Origin: Pirellulales bacterium
GTDB taxonomy: Bacteria > Planctomycetota > Planctomycetia > Pirellulales > UBA1268
Length of the DNA: 61,450 nt
NCBI GenBank assembly: GCA_040397685.1
Contig: JBBAVM010000001.1
Span: 64,432-125,881 of the forward strand
Direction: 5' to 3'
Numbering within the stretch: the stretch's first letter is position 1; each line of letters opens with the position of its first letter. A program made the translations under genes and the position numbers. Below are positions 1-13,708 of the stretch, in pieces. A model generated the notes under the pieces. That model saw only the letters and a list, made by a program, of their open reading frames with translations. It was not told where the DNA came from and made no database searches.

Positions 1-68
1 GGATGTCCATCGCCGGTAAGATGCTCGAGGTAGCCGGCGCTCGTCACCAGGCCTGTGCGGTTGCTCAC
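1..68 (-). CDS. 5' end of a histone-deacetylase/acetoin-utilisation family gene running off the left edge (partial)
   Basis: The minus frame reads (V)SNRTGLVTSAGYLEHLTGDGHP with no stop to position 1. This resembles the conserved HDAC-family opening (..H.tG.gHPE). Start GTG 68-66, or CTG 92-90. Absent from the track because there is no stop in the window. Confidence 0.35.
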   Translation of the reverse strand, partial: MSNRTGLVTSAGYLEHLTGDGH

Positions 69-146
69 GGGAATCGTCTCCGGTCGCCGCAGGGTAGGTT
101 CACTGCGGGCACCTTCGCAAGCAGGCGGCCGCCTGGAGGCCCGAGT

Positions 147-1232
147 ATGAAAACAAAACTGCCGCCCCGACTCTCGGCGCTGCTCCACGGCCGGCTCGCT
201 CCGGCCAAACTCGGTCTGCTCTCCTGGTGGAACGCGCGACATGTCCACGGCGGCCTGCCGCGGCCATGGATCGGGGTCTCTCCGCGGGTCGCCGATGCCC
301 CGTTCGCCGACACCGTCGTCGTGATCCGCAAGCGCGGTGGGAGGATCATCGGCATCGACGCCGACCTCGCCTGGCTCCGTGGCCGCAGCGGCTTTACGAC
401 GGCGTGGCGGCGGCTCGGGGTATTTATCGACCTGCTCTCCGACCCCCGCGTGCCCGACGGCAACTGGCCCGCCGACCTCGCCGACCACGTCCGCGACCCC
501 GGGCCGGTGCTCGGGTTTTGTTCCTATCTTCCCGACACCATCCTGGTCCCCGACCGCGGGTTCCACTCGAGCCAGGGCTATGCCCGCATTCGGACGACTG
601 CATCACGGGCGCCGGCCTTCGCCGACCGCGAGGCGTCGATCGTCTGGCGGGGCAGCCCCACGGGCCAGGGCGAACTTTTAAACGCGACGATGCGCGCGGG
701 CGACCCAGCGCTCCGGCAGCGGGTGCGGATGTGCCTCCTGCTACGCGACGCGCAGGCCGACCTCCCGAATCTCGGGGTCGATGCCCGGCTGGTGGCCGGC
801 GCCGCCTCTTCCGCCGAGGCCCGCGTCGCCTACCGGGCCGCGGGGATCGCTGGTGATCCAGTGCCCGAGGCGTCCTGGCTCGGCCGCCGCTTCGCGATCG
901 ACATCGACGGCAACGCCAACGCATTCAGCAACCTGTTCCTGCGGCTCCTGTTCGGCTGCTGCGTCATCAAGGTCGCCTCGCCCCTCGGTTTTCGGCAGTG
1001 GTACTACGACCGCCTCGAGCCGGGGCGGCACTACGTGCCCGTGGCGGCCGATCTGTCGGACCTCGTGGAGCGCATCGCGTGGTGCCGCGACCATCCCGAC
1101 GACTGTCGGCGCATCGCCGCCGCGGGCCAGGCGCTGGCGGCCTCGATGACGCCCGCGACGGAGCGCCGCCTGGCGATCGACGCCATCGCCGCCGCCCGAG
1201 GCGACAACGCAAGCCGGCGCGCTCTGGCGTGA
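147..1232 (+). CDS. Glycosyltransferase family 90 / CAP10-like protein
   Basis: ATG at 147 (MKTKLPPRLS) inside track ORF 3..1232. The C-terminal block FAIDIDGNANAFSNLFLRLL..VIKV..W..DRLEPGRHYVPV..DLSDL..WCRDHPDDCRRIAAAG is typical of CAP10/GT90. Confidence 0.7.
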   Translation: MKTKLPPRLSALLHGRLAPAKLGLLSWWNARHVHGGLPRPWIGVSPRVADAPFADTVVVIRKRGGRIIGIDADLAWLRGRSGFTTAWRRLGVFIDLLSDPRVPDGNWPADLADHVRDPGPVLGFCSYLPDTILVPDRGFHSSQGYARIRTTASRAPAFADREASIVWRGSPTGQGELLNATMRAGDPALRQRVRMCLLLRDAQADLPNLGVDARLVAGAASSAEARVAYRAAGIAGDPVPEASWLGRRFAIDIDGNANAFSNLFLRLLFGCCVIKVASPLGFRQWYYDRLEPGRHYVPVAADLSDLVERIAWCRDHPDDCRRIAAAGQALAASMTPATERRLAIDAIAAARGDNASRRALA

Positions 1233-1284
1233 TGCCCGCGCAGACCACACACTTCTGAAAATCACCGTTCCCTTCGGAAAGGCA

Positions 1285-2364
1285 GTGGCCCGCCTGATGC
1301 ACCACTGGACGACACTCGCTCCGCTCGCCGCCGCCGCGGTTCTCGCCCTCACATCCGCGCTCGGCGAGAACCCCTGGGTCCTCGCCGGCTCGGGGGCAGC
1401 CCTCGTCGGGGCCGTGCTCGCCGCCGTGCATCACGCGGAAGTGATCGCCCACCGTGTCGGGGAGCCGCTGGGTACGCTCGTGCTCGCCCTCGCGGTGACC
1501 GTGATCGAGGCCGCCCTCCTCCTTTCGCTGCTCATCGCCGGCGGCTCCGGCATGGAGACGCTGCCTCGCGACGCCGTCTACGCCACCGTGATGATCATCA
1601 CCACCGGCGTCGTCGGCCTCTGTACGCTCGTCGGCGGCCTCGCCCACCGCGAGCAGTCATTTCGCGTCGAGGGGGCGGGCGGTGGTCTGGCGGCGCTCAT
1701 CGTGCTTGCCGTCGTCACGCTCGTCCTCCCCGACTTCACCATCACGACGGGCGTCGGCACGTACAGCCGCGGCCAGGCCTTGTTCGCGGCGGTCGTCTCG
1801 GCGGCCCTCTGGGGCATCTTCGTGTTCGTGCAGACCGTCCGGCACCGTGACTATTTTCTGCCGCTCGACGAGGACGCCCCGCCCCACGAGCATGCCCCGC
1901 CACCATCGCGCCGGCAGGCGGCCACGAGTTTCGTGCTTCTTGTCGTGGCCCTCGTCGCGGTGGTGGGCCTTGCGAAGGTGCTCTCCCATCCCCTCGAGGA
2001 ATGGGTGGAGGCGTTTCACCTGCCGCGCGGCGTGGTCGGGATCGTGGTCGCCATGGTGGTGCTCCTGCCCGAGACGTGGGCGGCGATCCGGGCGGCCCAT
2101 GCCAACCGGCTGCAGAGCAGCATGAACCTCGCAATCGGTTCGGCGCTCGCAACGATCGGTCTCACCGTGCCAGTCGTCGTGGTCTGCGCCACTGCGTATG
2201 GACTGCCGCTCATGCTCGGGCTCGAGCCGAAGGAGATCGTCCTCCTCGCCACGGCCCTGCTCGTGAGCGTCGTGACGCTCGGCACCGGCCGCACGTCGCT
2301 GATGCAGGGCGCCGTGCACCTCGTGCTCTTCGCGACCTACCTGTTCCTCGCCTGCGTGCCGTGA
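1285..2364 (+). CDS. chaA: Ca2+/H+ (cation/proton) antiporter, ChaA/CaCA family
   Basis: Polytopic membrane protein with HHAEVIAHRVGEPLGTLVLALAVTVIEAALL and a second alpha-repeat (NLAIGSALATIGLTVP). Confidence 0.75.
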   Translation: MARLMHHWTTLAPLAAAAVLALTSALGENPWVLAGSGAALVGAVLAAVHHAEVIAHRVGEPLGTLVLALAVTVIEAALLLSLLIAGGSGMETLPRDAVYATVMIITTGVVGLCTLVGGLAHREQSFRVEGAGGGLAALIVLAVVTLVLPDFTITTGVGTYSRGQALFAAVVSAALWGIFVFVQTVRHRDYFLPLDEDAPPHEHAPPPSRRQAATSFVLLVVALVAVVGLAKVLSHPLEEWVEAFHLPRGVVGIVVAMVVLLPETWAAIRAAHANRLQSSMNLAIGSALATIGLTVPVVVVCATAYGLPLMLGLEPKEIVLLATALLVSVVTLGTGRTSLMQGAVHLVLFATYLFLACVP

Positions 2365-4046
2365 GCGGCTTCATCGGTCGGTTCGGCCGCGTCGGCTGCG
2401 AAAAATGGAAGCCTCTGCTGCGGGTCGGGGGCCTGCGGGGGGCGGCTGGTCGTCGCACCAGTTTCGCGGGCGAGTGATCGCCGCACCGGGTCTTGGTGCA
2501 TCGCACCGCGGCGATCGCGGCGGCTGCCGTGCCGTCGGGCGACGTCGCGGGCCTCGGCCCGGGCCTCTGGATCACCCCGCACGGCCGCGAGCCGCTGCTT
2601 TGCCTCCCGCACGGCGGCGGCGTGATCGACGATCGGGGCCGGATAGTCGCGGCCGATCACGCAGCCCACCGCCTGCTGCACGGCTGCGGGCATCGTCCAC
2701 GGCATGTGCACGTAGGCCGGCGGCACACGGCCGAGTTCCGGCAGCCAACGGCGGATGAACACGCCGCGCGGGTCCTGCTCGACCGCCTGCTTCGTGGGGT
2801 TGTAGATCCGCAGTGTGTTGATGCCCGTCGTGCCACTTTGCATTTGCAGCTGCGACCAGTGAATCCCCGGCTCGAAGTCGAGGAAGTGGCGGGCGAGAAA
2901 CAGCCCTGTGGGTCGCCAGTGGAGCCAGAGCGAGTAGCTCGCGAACGACACGACCATGGCCCGCATGCGAAACGTGAGCCAGCCGGTCGCGAGCAGGCTC
3001 CGCATGCAGGCGTCCACGAGCGGGTAGCCCGTGCGGCCCGCCTGCCAGGCCGCGAGCCGCTCAGCCGAAACGTCGTGCTCCCGCAGGCCGTCGGCCGCCC
3101 GCAGCATGTTTTCAAATTCTATCTCGGGCTCGTCCTCGAGCTTCTGCATGAAGTGGCAGTGCCAGTGCAGCCGTGACTGCACCGCCTTCAGGCTCCGCTG
3201 CCAGGCCTTCAGTTCTGCGCGCTCGCGCGGATGCGCGGCCGTGGCGAGCGCGGCGGCGACGTCGAGTCGCCGAGACTCGCATTCCTGCCAGACCGTGCGC
3301 ATGGAGATCGCACCGAACGAGAGATATGCACTCAGTCGCGAGCAGCTCGTCGGGGCCGAGAGCGGGCTCGAAATGCCACCGGAGTAGTGGCGGCCGCGGC
3401 GGATGAGAAAGTCGTCGAGCACTTCGCCGGCAGCCGCTGCGCCGCCGCGCTGGCGATCCTTCGTGTCGGCGGGCTGACCGAGCTCGCGGCAGCCAAGGAG
3501 CCCCGCGGTCTCCAGCCGCAGGATCGTCGCCCCGCCCCCGGCTCCGCCGCTTCGCGGAACGGGCGCTCGCGTCGCTTCCATCCGTCTCTCCCAGAGCCGA
3601 TTCCAGCCATTCCGCGACGCGAGCCGCCGCACGACGCCCGTCTGCGGCAGTTCGAGAAGCTCGACGCCCGCCTCGCGGGCCCAGCGGCGCACGCGTCGGT
3701 CGCGGGCATAGGTCACGCCCGTGCCGGTCTCCTCGTGGGCCACGAGGAGCCTGTAGCCCGTCTCGCGTCGCAGTTGCTCGAGCATCGCGACCGCTTCCCC
3801 GCGGCGGGTGACGAGCCGGATGCCGAACCGCCCGAGCGCGACCTCGAGCTCGACAAGGCATTCCCGCTGGAACTCCGTGTGGCTCGGTTCCCACTCCGGC
3901 TGTGCGAGCACCTCGGGTTCGTAGAGAAACACGGCGAACACGGCCCCGCCCAGTGCCCGCGCACACGCCTCGGCGAGCGCGGCGTGGTCGATCACGCGCA
4001 GATCGCGCTTCAGCCACACGCATACCGGCGCCACGGGATCGCGCAT
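2337..4046 (-). CDS. Cryptochrome/photolyase family protein (photolyase-related, FAD-binding)
   Basis: Motifs: VWLKRDLRVIDHAAL N-terminus, SRLSAYLSFGAISMR, RLHWHCHFMQKLEDEPEIEF, GYPLVDACMRSL..TGWL.FRMRAM, LRIYNPTKQ. The basic/low-complexity C-terminal tail overlaps the chaA 3' end by 28 nt. Confidence 0.85.
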   Translation of the reverse strand: MRDPVAPVCVWLKRDLRVIDHAALAEACARALGGAVFAVFLYEPEVLAQPEWEPSHTEFQRECLVELEVALGRFGIRLVTRRGEAVAMLEQLRRETGYRLLVAHEETGTGVTYARDRRVRRWAREAGVELLELPQTGVVRRLASRNGWNRLWERRMEATRAPVPRSGGAGGGATILRLETAGLLGCRELGQPADTKDRQRGGAAAAGEVLDDFLIRRGRHYSGGISSPLSAPTSCSRLSAYLSFGAISMRTVWQECESRRLDVAAALATAAHPRERAELKAWQRSLKAVQSRLHWHCHFMQKLEDEPEIEFENMLRAADGLREHDVSAERLAAWQAGRTGYPLVDACMRSLLATGWLTFRMRAMVVSFASYSLWLHWRPTGLFLARHFLDFEPGIHWSQLQMQSGTTGINTLRIYNPTKQAVEQDPRGVFIRRWLPELGRVPPAYVHMPWTMPAAVQQAVGCVIGRDYPAPIVDHAAAVREAKQRLAAVRGDPEARAEARDVARRHGSRRDRRGAMHQDPVRRSLARETGATTSRPPQAPDPQQRLPFFAADAAEPTDEAAHGTQARNR

Positions 4047-4197
4047 CGATCACCACTCACTCAACGGGCCAAACCGTCCCACGGCCAGTGTAGGGCCTCT
4101 GCTCGGAGCGTTGGTGCCCGGATCAGGGGAATTTCTTTCCCGTGCGGACCACGTGCCTATACTCCCCGGGTTCCAAAACCTTCGTGGAGGCACGCCC

Positions 4198-4407
4198 GTG
4201 GCGGACAAACAGACGAACAATTGGCCAGATCTCCTGATCGGCCTGTACGACAACCTCACCGGTCGTCGCGCCGAGATCACTTATGAGTTCGACGACATGC
4301 ACATCAAGATTCCGAGCGGCACCGGACCTTCCGCCGAGCACGCCGAGTGGGTGCTGCACGGGACGATGAAGATCCGCACGCGGGACGTCGGTTCGTCCCC
4401 AAAATAA
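4198..4407 (+). CDS. Small hypothetical protein (69 aa)
   Basis: GTG 4198 within track ORF 4111..4407. Clean coding texture: VADKQTNNWPDLLIGLYDNLTGRRAEITYEFDDMHIKIPS..AEWVLHGTMKIRTR. Confidence 0.45.
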   Translation: MADKQTNNWPDLLIGLYDNLTGRRAEITYEFDDMHIKIPSGTGPSAEHAEWVLHGTMKIRTRDVGSSPK

Positions 4408-4409
4408 TC

Positions 4410-4676
4410 GTGGCCGGGCGGCTCGCAGGCACCGTGGACGGCCGCCCGGTCGTGATCGACGCGGATGGTGCCGGCTTGAAGATCGCGTTCACCGCTTTTC
4501 GCACGGCGTGGGCGACGCGCGGGTCGGTGAAAGCTCTCCTGCCAGTGCTCGGCGTGTGCAGGCGTGCGGACGTCCCAGTGCGGGTGACGATCGCAGGGTT
4601 TCTGACGCTGGAGATTCTGCCGAATCCGAGTGGGCTGGCACGAATCGTCGTGCCGGGTCTCGCGTCGTTTCCGTGA
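4410..4676 (+). CDS. Hypothetical protein (88 aa)
   Basis: GTG 4410 lies 3 nt after the preceding stop. G/C-rich third positions throughout. No recognisable family. Confidence 0.3.
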   Translation: MAGRLAGTVDGRPVVIDADGAGLKIAFTAFRTAWATRGSVKALLPVLGVCRRADVPVRVTIAGFLTLEILPNPSGLARIVVPGLASFP

Positions 4677-4819
4677 ATGGGGGCCGGAGAACGGGGCGGT
4701 CGGCCGCGGCCGGATGGCGGTTGCCGACGATTTCGGGATCGCCACCCTGGCGTCTCGCGGCACGGCCCGCCTGGCCGAGTGGCTCCCCGTGCGGCCGGCG
4801 CAGGAAGCCCGCGTCGGGC

Positions 4820-8298
<3,479 letters not shown>

Positions 8299-8328
8299 TC
8301 ACGTGGTCGATCTCCAAGTGCCGGACTT

Positions 8329-10452
8329 TCACCGTCTGCTCGCGTTTCCGCGGCCGCCCGGCAGCGGCTGGCCCGGCGCGACCCCGGGCACGAAATATTC
8401 GACGTAGCCCAGATGCATCTCGTCGAACGTCTGCGGCCCCCAGCGGACGGTCTTCGTCGGATCGGGGTTGGCCGGATTTCCAGGGCTGTTGTCGTACCAG
8501 GCGGTGAACGCGAGCGTGTCACCGGCCGCGAGCGCGAGCGGCTCGTGCAGCCTGTAGAGCAATTGCCAGTTGAAGTCGTAGCGCGGGATGTCGAGAAGCG
8601 TCGTCCGCGAGCCGTCGCTGCGGACGAGGTCGTAGCGACAGGCCTTGCCGCGGACGTGCATGTGCGGGAGGAAGCCCATGATCGTGGCATCGAACGGGAG
8701 CCTGAGCGACGCCTGCTCGCGATGGTCGGCAGCCCCCGGAGGGATCGAGATCCGGGCGTTCACGATGCCCGCCACGCGGACTTCGTGCCGAGGCGGACCC
8801 TTGGCGTAGATCACGCCCACGCGGGTGCGGTCGGTCGTGGCCGTGCCGTTGGGCGTGTAGTGCATCTGGAACCTGAGCCGCGCTCCCTGCGGCAGCTTCT
8901 TCGCGAAACCTTCGGGATAGACCAGCGCGTTCTGGCCCGGCACATACTCGCCCCAGAAACCGCCACGCTCCTCCCGACCGGCGTCCCGCGTGTCGCCGAC
9001 GTTCTCGGTGTCGCCCGCCAGATGGATGAGCGCATGGTGCACGACGTTACGGTCGCCTGGCTGCACCTCGATCGCCTGCACCCAGCGGTCTTCGGGCAGG
9101 TGCGTCTCCACGATCACGGTCTGGTAGGGCATCACGCCCGTGGCCTTCACGTCCACCGGCTGGGCGAACTCGAAGACGGCGTCGGGGGCGCCGATCTGCC
9201 AGCCGGCGGGATAGTTGCGTGGTGCGGGTGCGTCGGCGGGATCTCCCGAGACGCGGCCGCCGGAGAGCCATACGAGAAGGTCGTTCTTTTCCACCGGGGC
9301 GAGCGAGCGGTCGTTGGCCCACGGCGTGTGGACGCGGCCGGTCTCGGGGTCGGCGGGCGTCGCCGCGGCGAACCACGGGGGCATCGTGCCGCGGTCGATC
9401 ACCTCCCGCACCATCGGCGCGTGGGCCATGAGATCGTCGTAGGTGTCGAGGGGAAAGGGGCCCGCACCGCCGTCGCGGTGGCATTCGACGCAGTGCCTCG
9501 CGACGATCCGCGAGATCCGACCGTGGTAGGTCACGTCGGCGGTCGGCGCCGTGGCCACCGGCCTGTCGAGCACGCAGCCCGGCGCCTCGGTGGCGGCGAC
9601 GCGTGGGACCTCGCCTGCGCGGATCGCCGCGAGCGCGTCGGCGAGGTAGCGGCTGCGCGGGGCGGCGATCGAGTAGCCGAAGCCATACTGATCGTCGATC
9701 GCACCGTGGTAGACGACCGTGCGGTCGGCCGCGAGCACGACGGCATCCGTCGTGGTGACCGCCCCAACCGCGACGGCAAGCTCGCCGCGTGGATCGTGCA
9801 CATAGGTCGCCCGTGGTCCAAATCTCGCGGCGGCGGCCTGCATGTCGGCGGGCTTGTCGGTCGCGACGGGGTTGACGAGGATCCAGGCGATCGCATCGCC
9901 GGACGCTGCGGCGAGCTCCTCGAGCCGGGGCAGATACTTGCGGCTGATCGGACAGCTCGTGCTCGTCATCGCGAAGACGACGATCCGGCCGTCGCCGATC
10001 GTCGCGAGCGACCGTGTCGCGCCTGCAAGATCGGTGAATGCGACGTCCTCGACGCGGCGGCCGATCCCGTGGTCACCCGGCCGCACCGGCTTCGGCCCGT
10101 CGCGAAACGCCGGCTCCGCGGGGCCCGGCTTTGCCGGCTCCGACTCCTCTGTCGCGGTAGGCGCGGGAGCCGCGGGCGATCGCACGTCTTCGAGCGCGCC
10201 TTTTCGCACCGCCTCCACGGCCTCCGGCTTCGTGATCGCGCCGTCGCCGTCGAGATCGAGCCGCCGGAAAAACCGCGCCGCCGGCAGCTCGTCGGGCGTG
10301 ATTCTCGCGTCGCCGTTCCTGTCGAGCTGCTCGAACCGCTTTCCGACCGTTTCTCGGGCAGCCTGCTGAGCCAGGCCCCGCCGCACGAGTACGAGGCCGC
10401 AGCCGACGACGAGCACCGCCCCGATGACGAATGATACGCGACGCACGCCCAT
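8329..10452 (-). CDS. Membrane-anchored multidomain redox protein: EF-hands + redoxin/thioredoxin-like + PSCyt-type heme c + Cu2-monooxygenase-like C-terminal domain
   Basis: Start MGVRRVSFVIGAVLVV at 10452. Motifs: DRNGDARITPDEL / DLDGDGAITKPEA, FAMTSTSCPISRKYLP, CVECHRDGGAGPFPLDTYDDL..GTMPPW, HHALIHLAG..MHYTPNG..HMHVRG. Confidence 0.7.
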   Translation of the reverse strand: MGVRRVSFVIGAVLVVGCGLVLVRRGLAQQAARETVGKRFEQLDRNGDARITPDELPAARFFRRLDLDGDGAITKPEAVEAVRKGALEDVRSPAAPAPTATEESEPAKPGPAEPAFRDGPKPVRPGDHGIGRRVEDVAFTDLAGATRSLATIGDGRIVVFAMTSTSCPISRKYLPRLEELAAASGDAIAWILVNPVATDKPADMQAAAARFGPRATYVHDPRGELAVAVGAVTTTDAVVLAADRTVVYHGAIDDQYGFGYSIAAPRSRYLADALAAIRAGEVPRVAATEAPGCVLDRPVATAPTADVTYHGRISRIVARHCVECHRDGGAGPFPLDTYDDLMAHAPMVREVIDRGTMPPWFAAATPADPETGRVHTPWANDRSLAPVEKNDLLVWLSGGRVSGDPADAPAPRNYPAGWQIGAPDAVFEFAQPVDVKATGVMPYQTVIVETHLPEDRWVQAIEVQPGDRNVVHHALIHLAGDTENVGDTRDAGREERGGFWGEYVPGQNALVYPEGFAKKLPQGARLRFQMHYTPNGTATTDRTRVGVIYAKGPPRHEVRVAGIVNARISIPPGAADHREQASLRLPFDATIMGFLPHMHVRGKACRYDLVRSDGSRTTLLDIPRYDFNWQLLYRLHEPLALAAGDTLAFTAWYDNSPGNPANPDPTKTVRWGPQTFDEMHLGYVEYFVPGVAPGQPLPGGRGNASRR

Positions 10453-10457
10453 GGTGC

Positions 10458-12203
10458 TCACCGTCCTCCCCGCGCGAAAGCCTGCCGGTAGAAGTCCCAG
10501 TTCGAATCCCCGAGCGCCGTGAGCGTCGCGAGCGGGTCGTGGTCCACGCCGGCGAGCACGGTCCACGTGTGCGGAATCCTCAGCCGCTCGAGATGCTCGT
10601 GGAAGTCGCGATTATTGGCGAACGTCTCGTCGCCGTCGCCGCACACCTGCCGCACGAGTGAACCGTTTGTGATCGCGTCGGCATGCTGCTCGGCCATGAC
10701 CCGCGGGCTGACGCTTTTGAAGTAGTCCTGATCGCCTCCGTACACCTGCTCGAGCACCTCGGCCGCACGTCGCCTTCCCGCTCGTGGGCCGTCGAGAAGC
10801 TCCGCCTGCAAGGGACCGGCGCCCATGATCGAAACCGCACGGAACAGTTCCGGGTATTTGAATCCCAGCCGCGCTGCGCCATAACCGCCCATGCTGTAGC
10901 CATCGAGCAGCCTTCCTTCCCGCGTGGCAATGGTGCGATAGGTTGCGTCGATGTGCGGCACGAGTTCCTTCACGATCACGGTCTCGATGGGGGCCGAACC
11001 GTCCTTCCAGTCGACGTACATTCCGTTGGCCATGCCGTTCACGAACACCACGAGGCAGGGCGGTGTCTTGCCGGCTTCGATCGCGGCGTTGAAGTGGGCC
11101 GCGACCCTCGGAATCCCAGGCAGACCGCCCCCCGAGCCATGCAGCCAATACACGACCGGAAAGCGCCGCTCCGCTTCTCGGTCATGGGCGGCGGGTGCAT
11201 AGATGTGGTAACTGACCGTGGTCCTCGCAGCCGCGCTCTCGAACGTGTGAAACGACACGCCCGGGGCGGTGATCGCCGGCGTCACCCAGGTGGGTTTTCC
11301 CTGCGGCTCGACCTGTTCCACGACAGGCTGTGCGATCGCCCCGCCGCCGAGGCCGCATCCCATGGCGAGGGCCACGAGCGGGATGGATCTGCGACGTCCG
11401 CAGGCCACAGCGAAGGGGTGGGTGAACTGCCGCACGTAGCCCAGCGGCATCGGCTCGTGGATCCCGAAGTTTTCCGGCACGCGATCGCGCGGCATGTAGT
11501 AGGTGCCGAAGAGCATGTCCCACAGAGGAAACAGGCCGGCGAAGTTCTTGTCGACCGCGGCCGGGTCGCGGGAATGGTGCCAGCGGTGGAACACCGGCGA
11601 CGCGATCACGCCCCGGAGCGGGCCGAAGTCCCAGTTCACATGTGCATGGAGCAGGACGGCGTAGAGCGTGAGCACCGGGGCCGTGCTCGCGGTGACGACC
11701 GGATTGAGGCCGAGGAGCAGCACGGGCGTCGCCCGGCAGAGCGTGCCCACCAGCTCATTCACCGGGTGGACTCGGATGCTCGACATCCAGTCGAGCTCCT
11801 CGGAACTGTGGTGGACGGCGTGGAACGGCCACCACCGCCCACCGTGAAACATCCGGTGGTTCCAGTAGGCGAGAAAATCGACGAGCAGGTAGATCTCGAT
11901 GGTCTGGAGCCAGAGCGGCTGGCGGGAGAGGGGGCCGAACCCGGCGTAGGCCCGCGTGCGAAACTCTTCCACCGACGCGACCCCCAACGCCACAAGCAGG
12001 CCGATCGGAAGTAACACAAGCAGGCGGATGAGCGGCTTGGCGACGAGCGGCGTCAGGATCCAGTAGGTGGCGTCGGTGAAAAATCCATGGCGCAGCACCG
12101 GCTTGCCCCGGCCGTTGCCGAGAAGCCGCTCCACGACAAAGAAGATCGCCGACAGGATCGCGAGGCCGACGAGGAGCCGGGCGAGTGTGGGCGAAGCGTG
12201 CAT
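10458..12203 (-). CDS. Fusion protein: fatty-acid hydroxylase/sterol desaturase family (N) + esterase/alpha-beta hydrolase (C)
   Basis: Start MHASPTLARLL at 12203. Histidine boxes NHRMFH, HAVHHSSEE, HRWHHS. C-terminal half has YWLHGSGGG and DGYSMGGYGA (GxSxG). Confidence 0.7.
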   Translation of the reverse strand: MHASPTLARLLVGLAILSAIFFVVERLLGNGRGKPVLRHGFFTDATYWILTPLVAKPLIRLLVLLPIGLLVALGVASVEEFRTRAYAGFGPLSRQPLWLQTIEIYLLVDFLAYWNHRMFHGGRWWPFHAVHHSSEELDWMSSIRVHPVNELVGTLCRATPVLLLGLNPVVTASTAPVLTLYAVLLHAHVNWDFGPLRGVIASPVFHRWHHSRDPAAVDKNFAGLFPLWDMLFGTYYMPRDRVPENFGIHEPMPLGYVRQFTHPFAVACGRRRSIPLVALAMGCGLGGGAIAQPVVEQVEPQGKPTWVTPAITAPGVSFHTFESAAARTTVSYHIYAPAAHDREAERRFPVVYWLHGSGGGLPGIPRVAAHFNAAIEAGKTPPCLVVFVNGMANGMYVDWKDGSAPIETVIVKELVPHIDATYRTIATREGRLLDGYSMGGYGAARLGFKYPELFRAVSIMGAGPLQAELLDGPRAGRRRAAEVLEQVYGGDQDYFKSVSPRVMAEQHADAITNGSLVRQVCGDGDETFANNRDFHEHLERLRIPHTWTVLAGVDHDPLATLTALGDSNWDFYRQAFARGGR

Positions 12204-12310
12204 GGCGATCACAGGCGTCCGGTGGAACGAACAACCAGCCCCGAAGGAGCCTTCCGAACCATTTTGAACGGCCGAATCAGCCCGGGGTTGCACCGGCTTG
12301 GGTCATGGCA

Positions 12311-13708
12311 TCATGCAGACGATGCCGGCGGCTGGTCGAAGCCGCCAGGCCGGCTGAGGGCACCGCGGACTACCCTCAGCCGGAGGCTGAATCCCCAAAA
12401 CGCGGCGCACGCCAGCAGGAATGCCCCGGGCAGGAGTCCCACCACGACCCTGAAGCAATCGTCTGCACCGACGATTCGCTCACTGGCCGCCGTCGCCGCG
12501 GCGAACGCCACACAGCCGAGCCCGTAGCCGACGTTCACCGCCAGCCCCCGAAAACTCAGCACGGTCGCCCGCTTGGAGGAGTCGACAAGCTGGTTCAAGT
12601 ACTGGCTCTGGAGAAACACCACCATCCGCAGCACGGTGGAGAGCAGAACCACGAAGGCGACGCCCCAGAGTGGGACGAAGGCGGCGATGCCCACGAGGCC
12701 GACGAGCGTGACGGCGGCCAGCACGAAGCCGTTGGCGCGGGCGCTCGCACCGAGCGCGAGCCGACGGAGCGGCCCGGCCACCGCCAACCCGAGGAGCGCC
12801 GACGCCGCGCTCACCAGGCCGAAGGCCGGCGTGGGCACGCCGATCTCGGCGTAAATCTCGCTCGACACGACGAGCACCTGCCTGATCGGGAGGTCGATAA
12901 GCACCCCGGCCACGATCACGAGCAGGACCAGGGGCTGCGTGAGGATCCAGCGGCCGGTGGCCGCGGTCTGGCGAAACGCCGCCGCGAGCCCGGGAGCCTG
13001 TGCGAGTCCGATCGCCGGCACGGCCCGGGGAGGCTCGCGCATGGCGACGGCAGCGGCAAACGCCCCGAGGGCGGATGCAAGCGTGAGCCAGATCGGGAGC
13101 CGGAAGGTGTCAGCGCGGGTGAAGCCGCCGGTGAGGCCGACGCTGCGCGCGAGGCTGTCGAGCAGGGCGGGATCGTAGACGAGGCTGCCCGTCACCATGC
13201 CGACGATCGTGACGATTCCGCCGTAGCGCAAGAGCCGCTCGAGCACGCGCGGCCACTCGCCCGTGCGGCCACAGGCGGCCAGCGACTCAAACGCCAGTGC
13301 CTCGTCGGCCCCGGAGATGAAGGCCTCGGCGGCGCCGCTCACGATCCGGTTGGCCGCGAGCACGGGCAGCACCCACGCCGATGGCACCGGCACGAGCACG
13401 AGCAGGAGCATTTCCACCACCATCAAGGACGCCCCGGCGACCACGAGCTGCCGGCGGCCGATGAGGTCGGCGAGTGCCCCCGACGGCACCTCGAGCAGGA
13501 CGATCGCGGCCGCCCAGACCGCGTTGAGCAGCGCGAACTCCTCGACGGTGATCCCGAAGTCGAGGAACATCACCATGAACACGGGGTAGTAGAACCGCGC
13601 GTTGAAGAGGACGCGGAAGGCCACGAAAAGGCCCACGTTCCGGTCAGCTAAGGCGAATGAGGGCTCGGAAGGCTGCGGTGCGGACATCAGTGGCGGTTGC
13701 CCCGTCAT
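12311..13708 (-). CDS. MFS transporter
   Basis: About 12 hydrophobic segments. Motif PSGALADLIGRRQL (MFS motif A-like). Confidence 0.8.
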   Translation of the reverse strand: MTGQPPLMSAPQPSEPSFALADRNVGLFVAFRVLFNARFYYPVFMVMFLDFGITVEEFALLNAVWAAAIVLLEVPSGALADLIGRRQLVVAGASLMVVEMLLLVLVPVPSAWVLPVLAANRIVSGAAEAFISGADEALAFESLAACGRTGEWPRVLERLLRYGGIVTIVGMVTGSLVYDPALLDSLARSVGLTGGFTRADTFRLPIWLTLASALGAFAAAVAMREPPRAVPAIGLAQAPGLAAAFRQTAATGRWILTQPLVLLVIVAGVLIDLPIRQVLVVSSEIYAEIGVPTPAFGLVSAASALLGLAVAGPLRRLALGASARANGFVLAAVTLVGLVGIAAFVPLWGVAFVVLLSTVLRMVVFLQSQYLNQLVDSSKRATVLSFRGLAVNVGYGLGCVAFAAATAASERIVGADDCFRVVVGLLPGAFLLACAAFWGFSLRLRVVRGALSRPGGFDQPPASSA

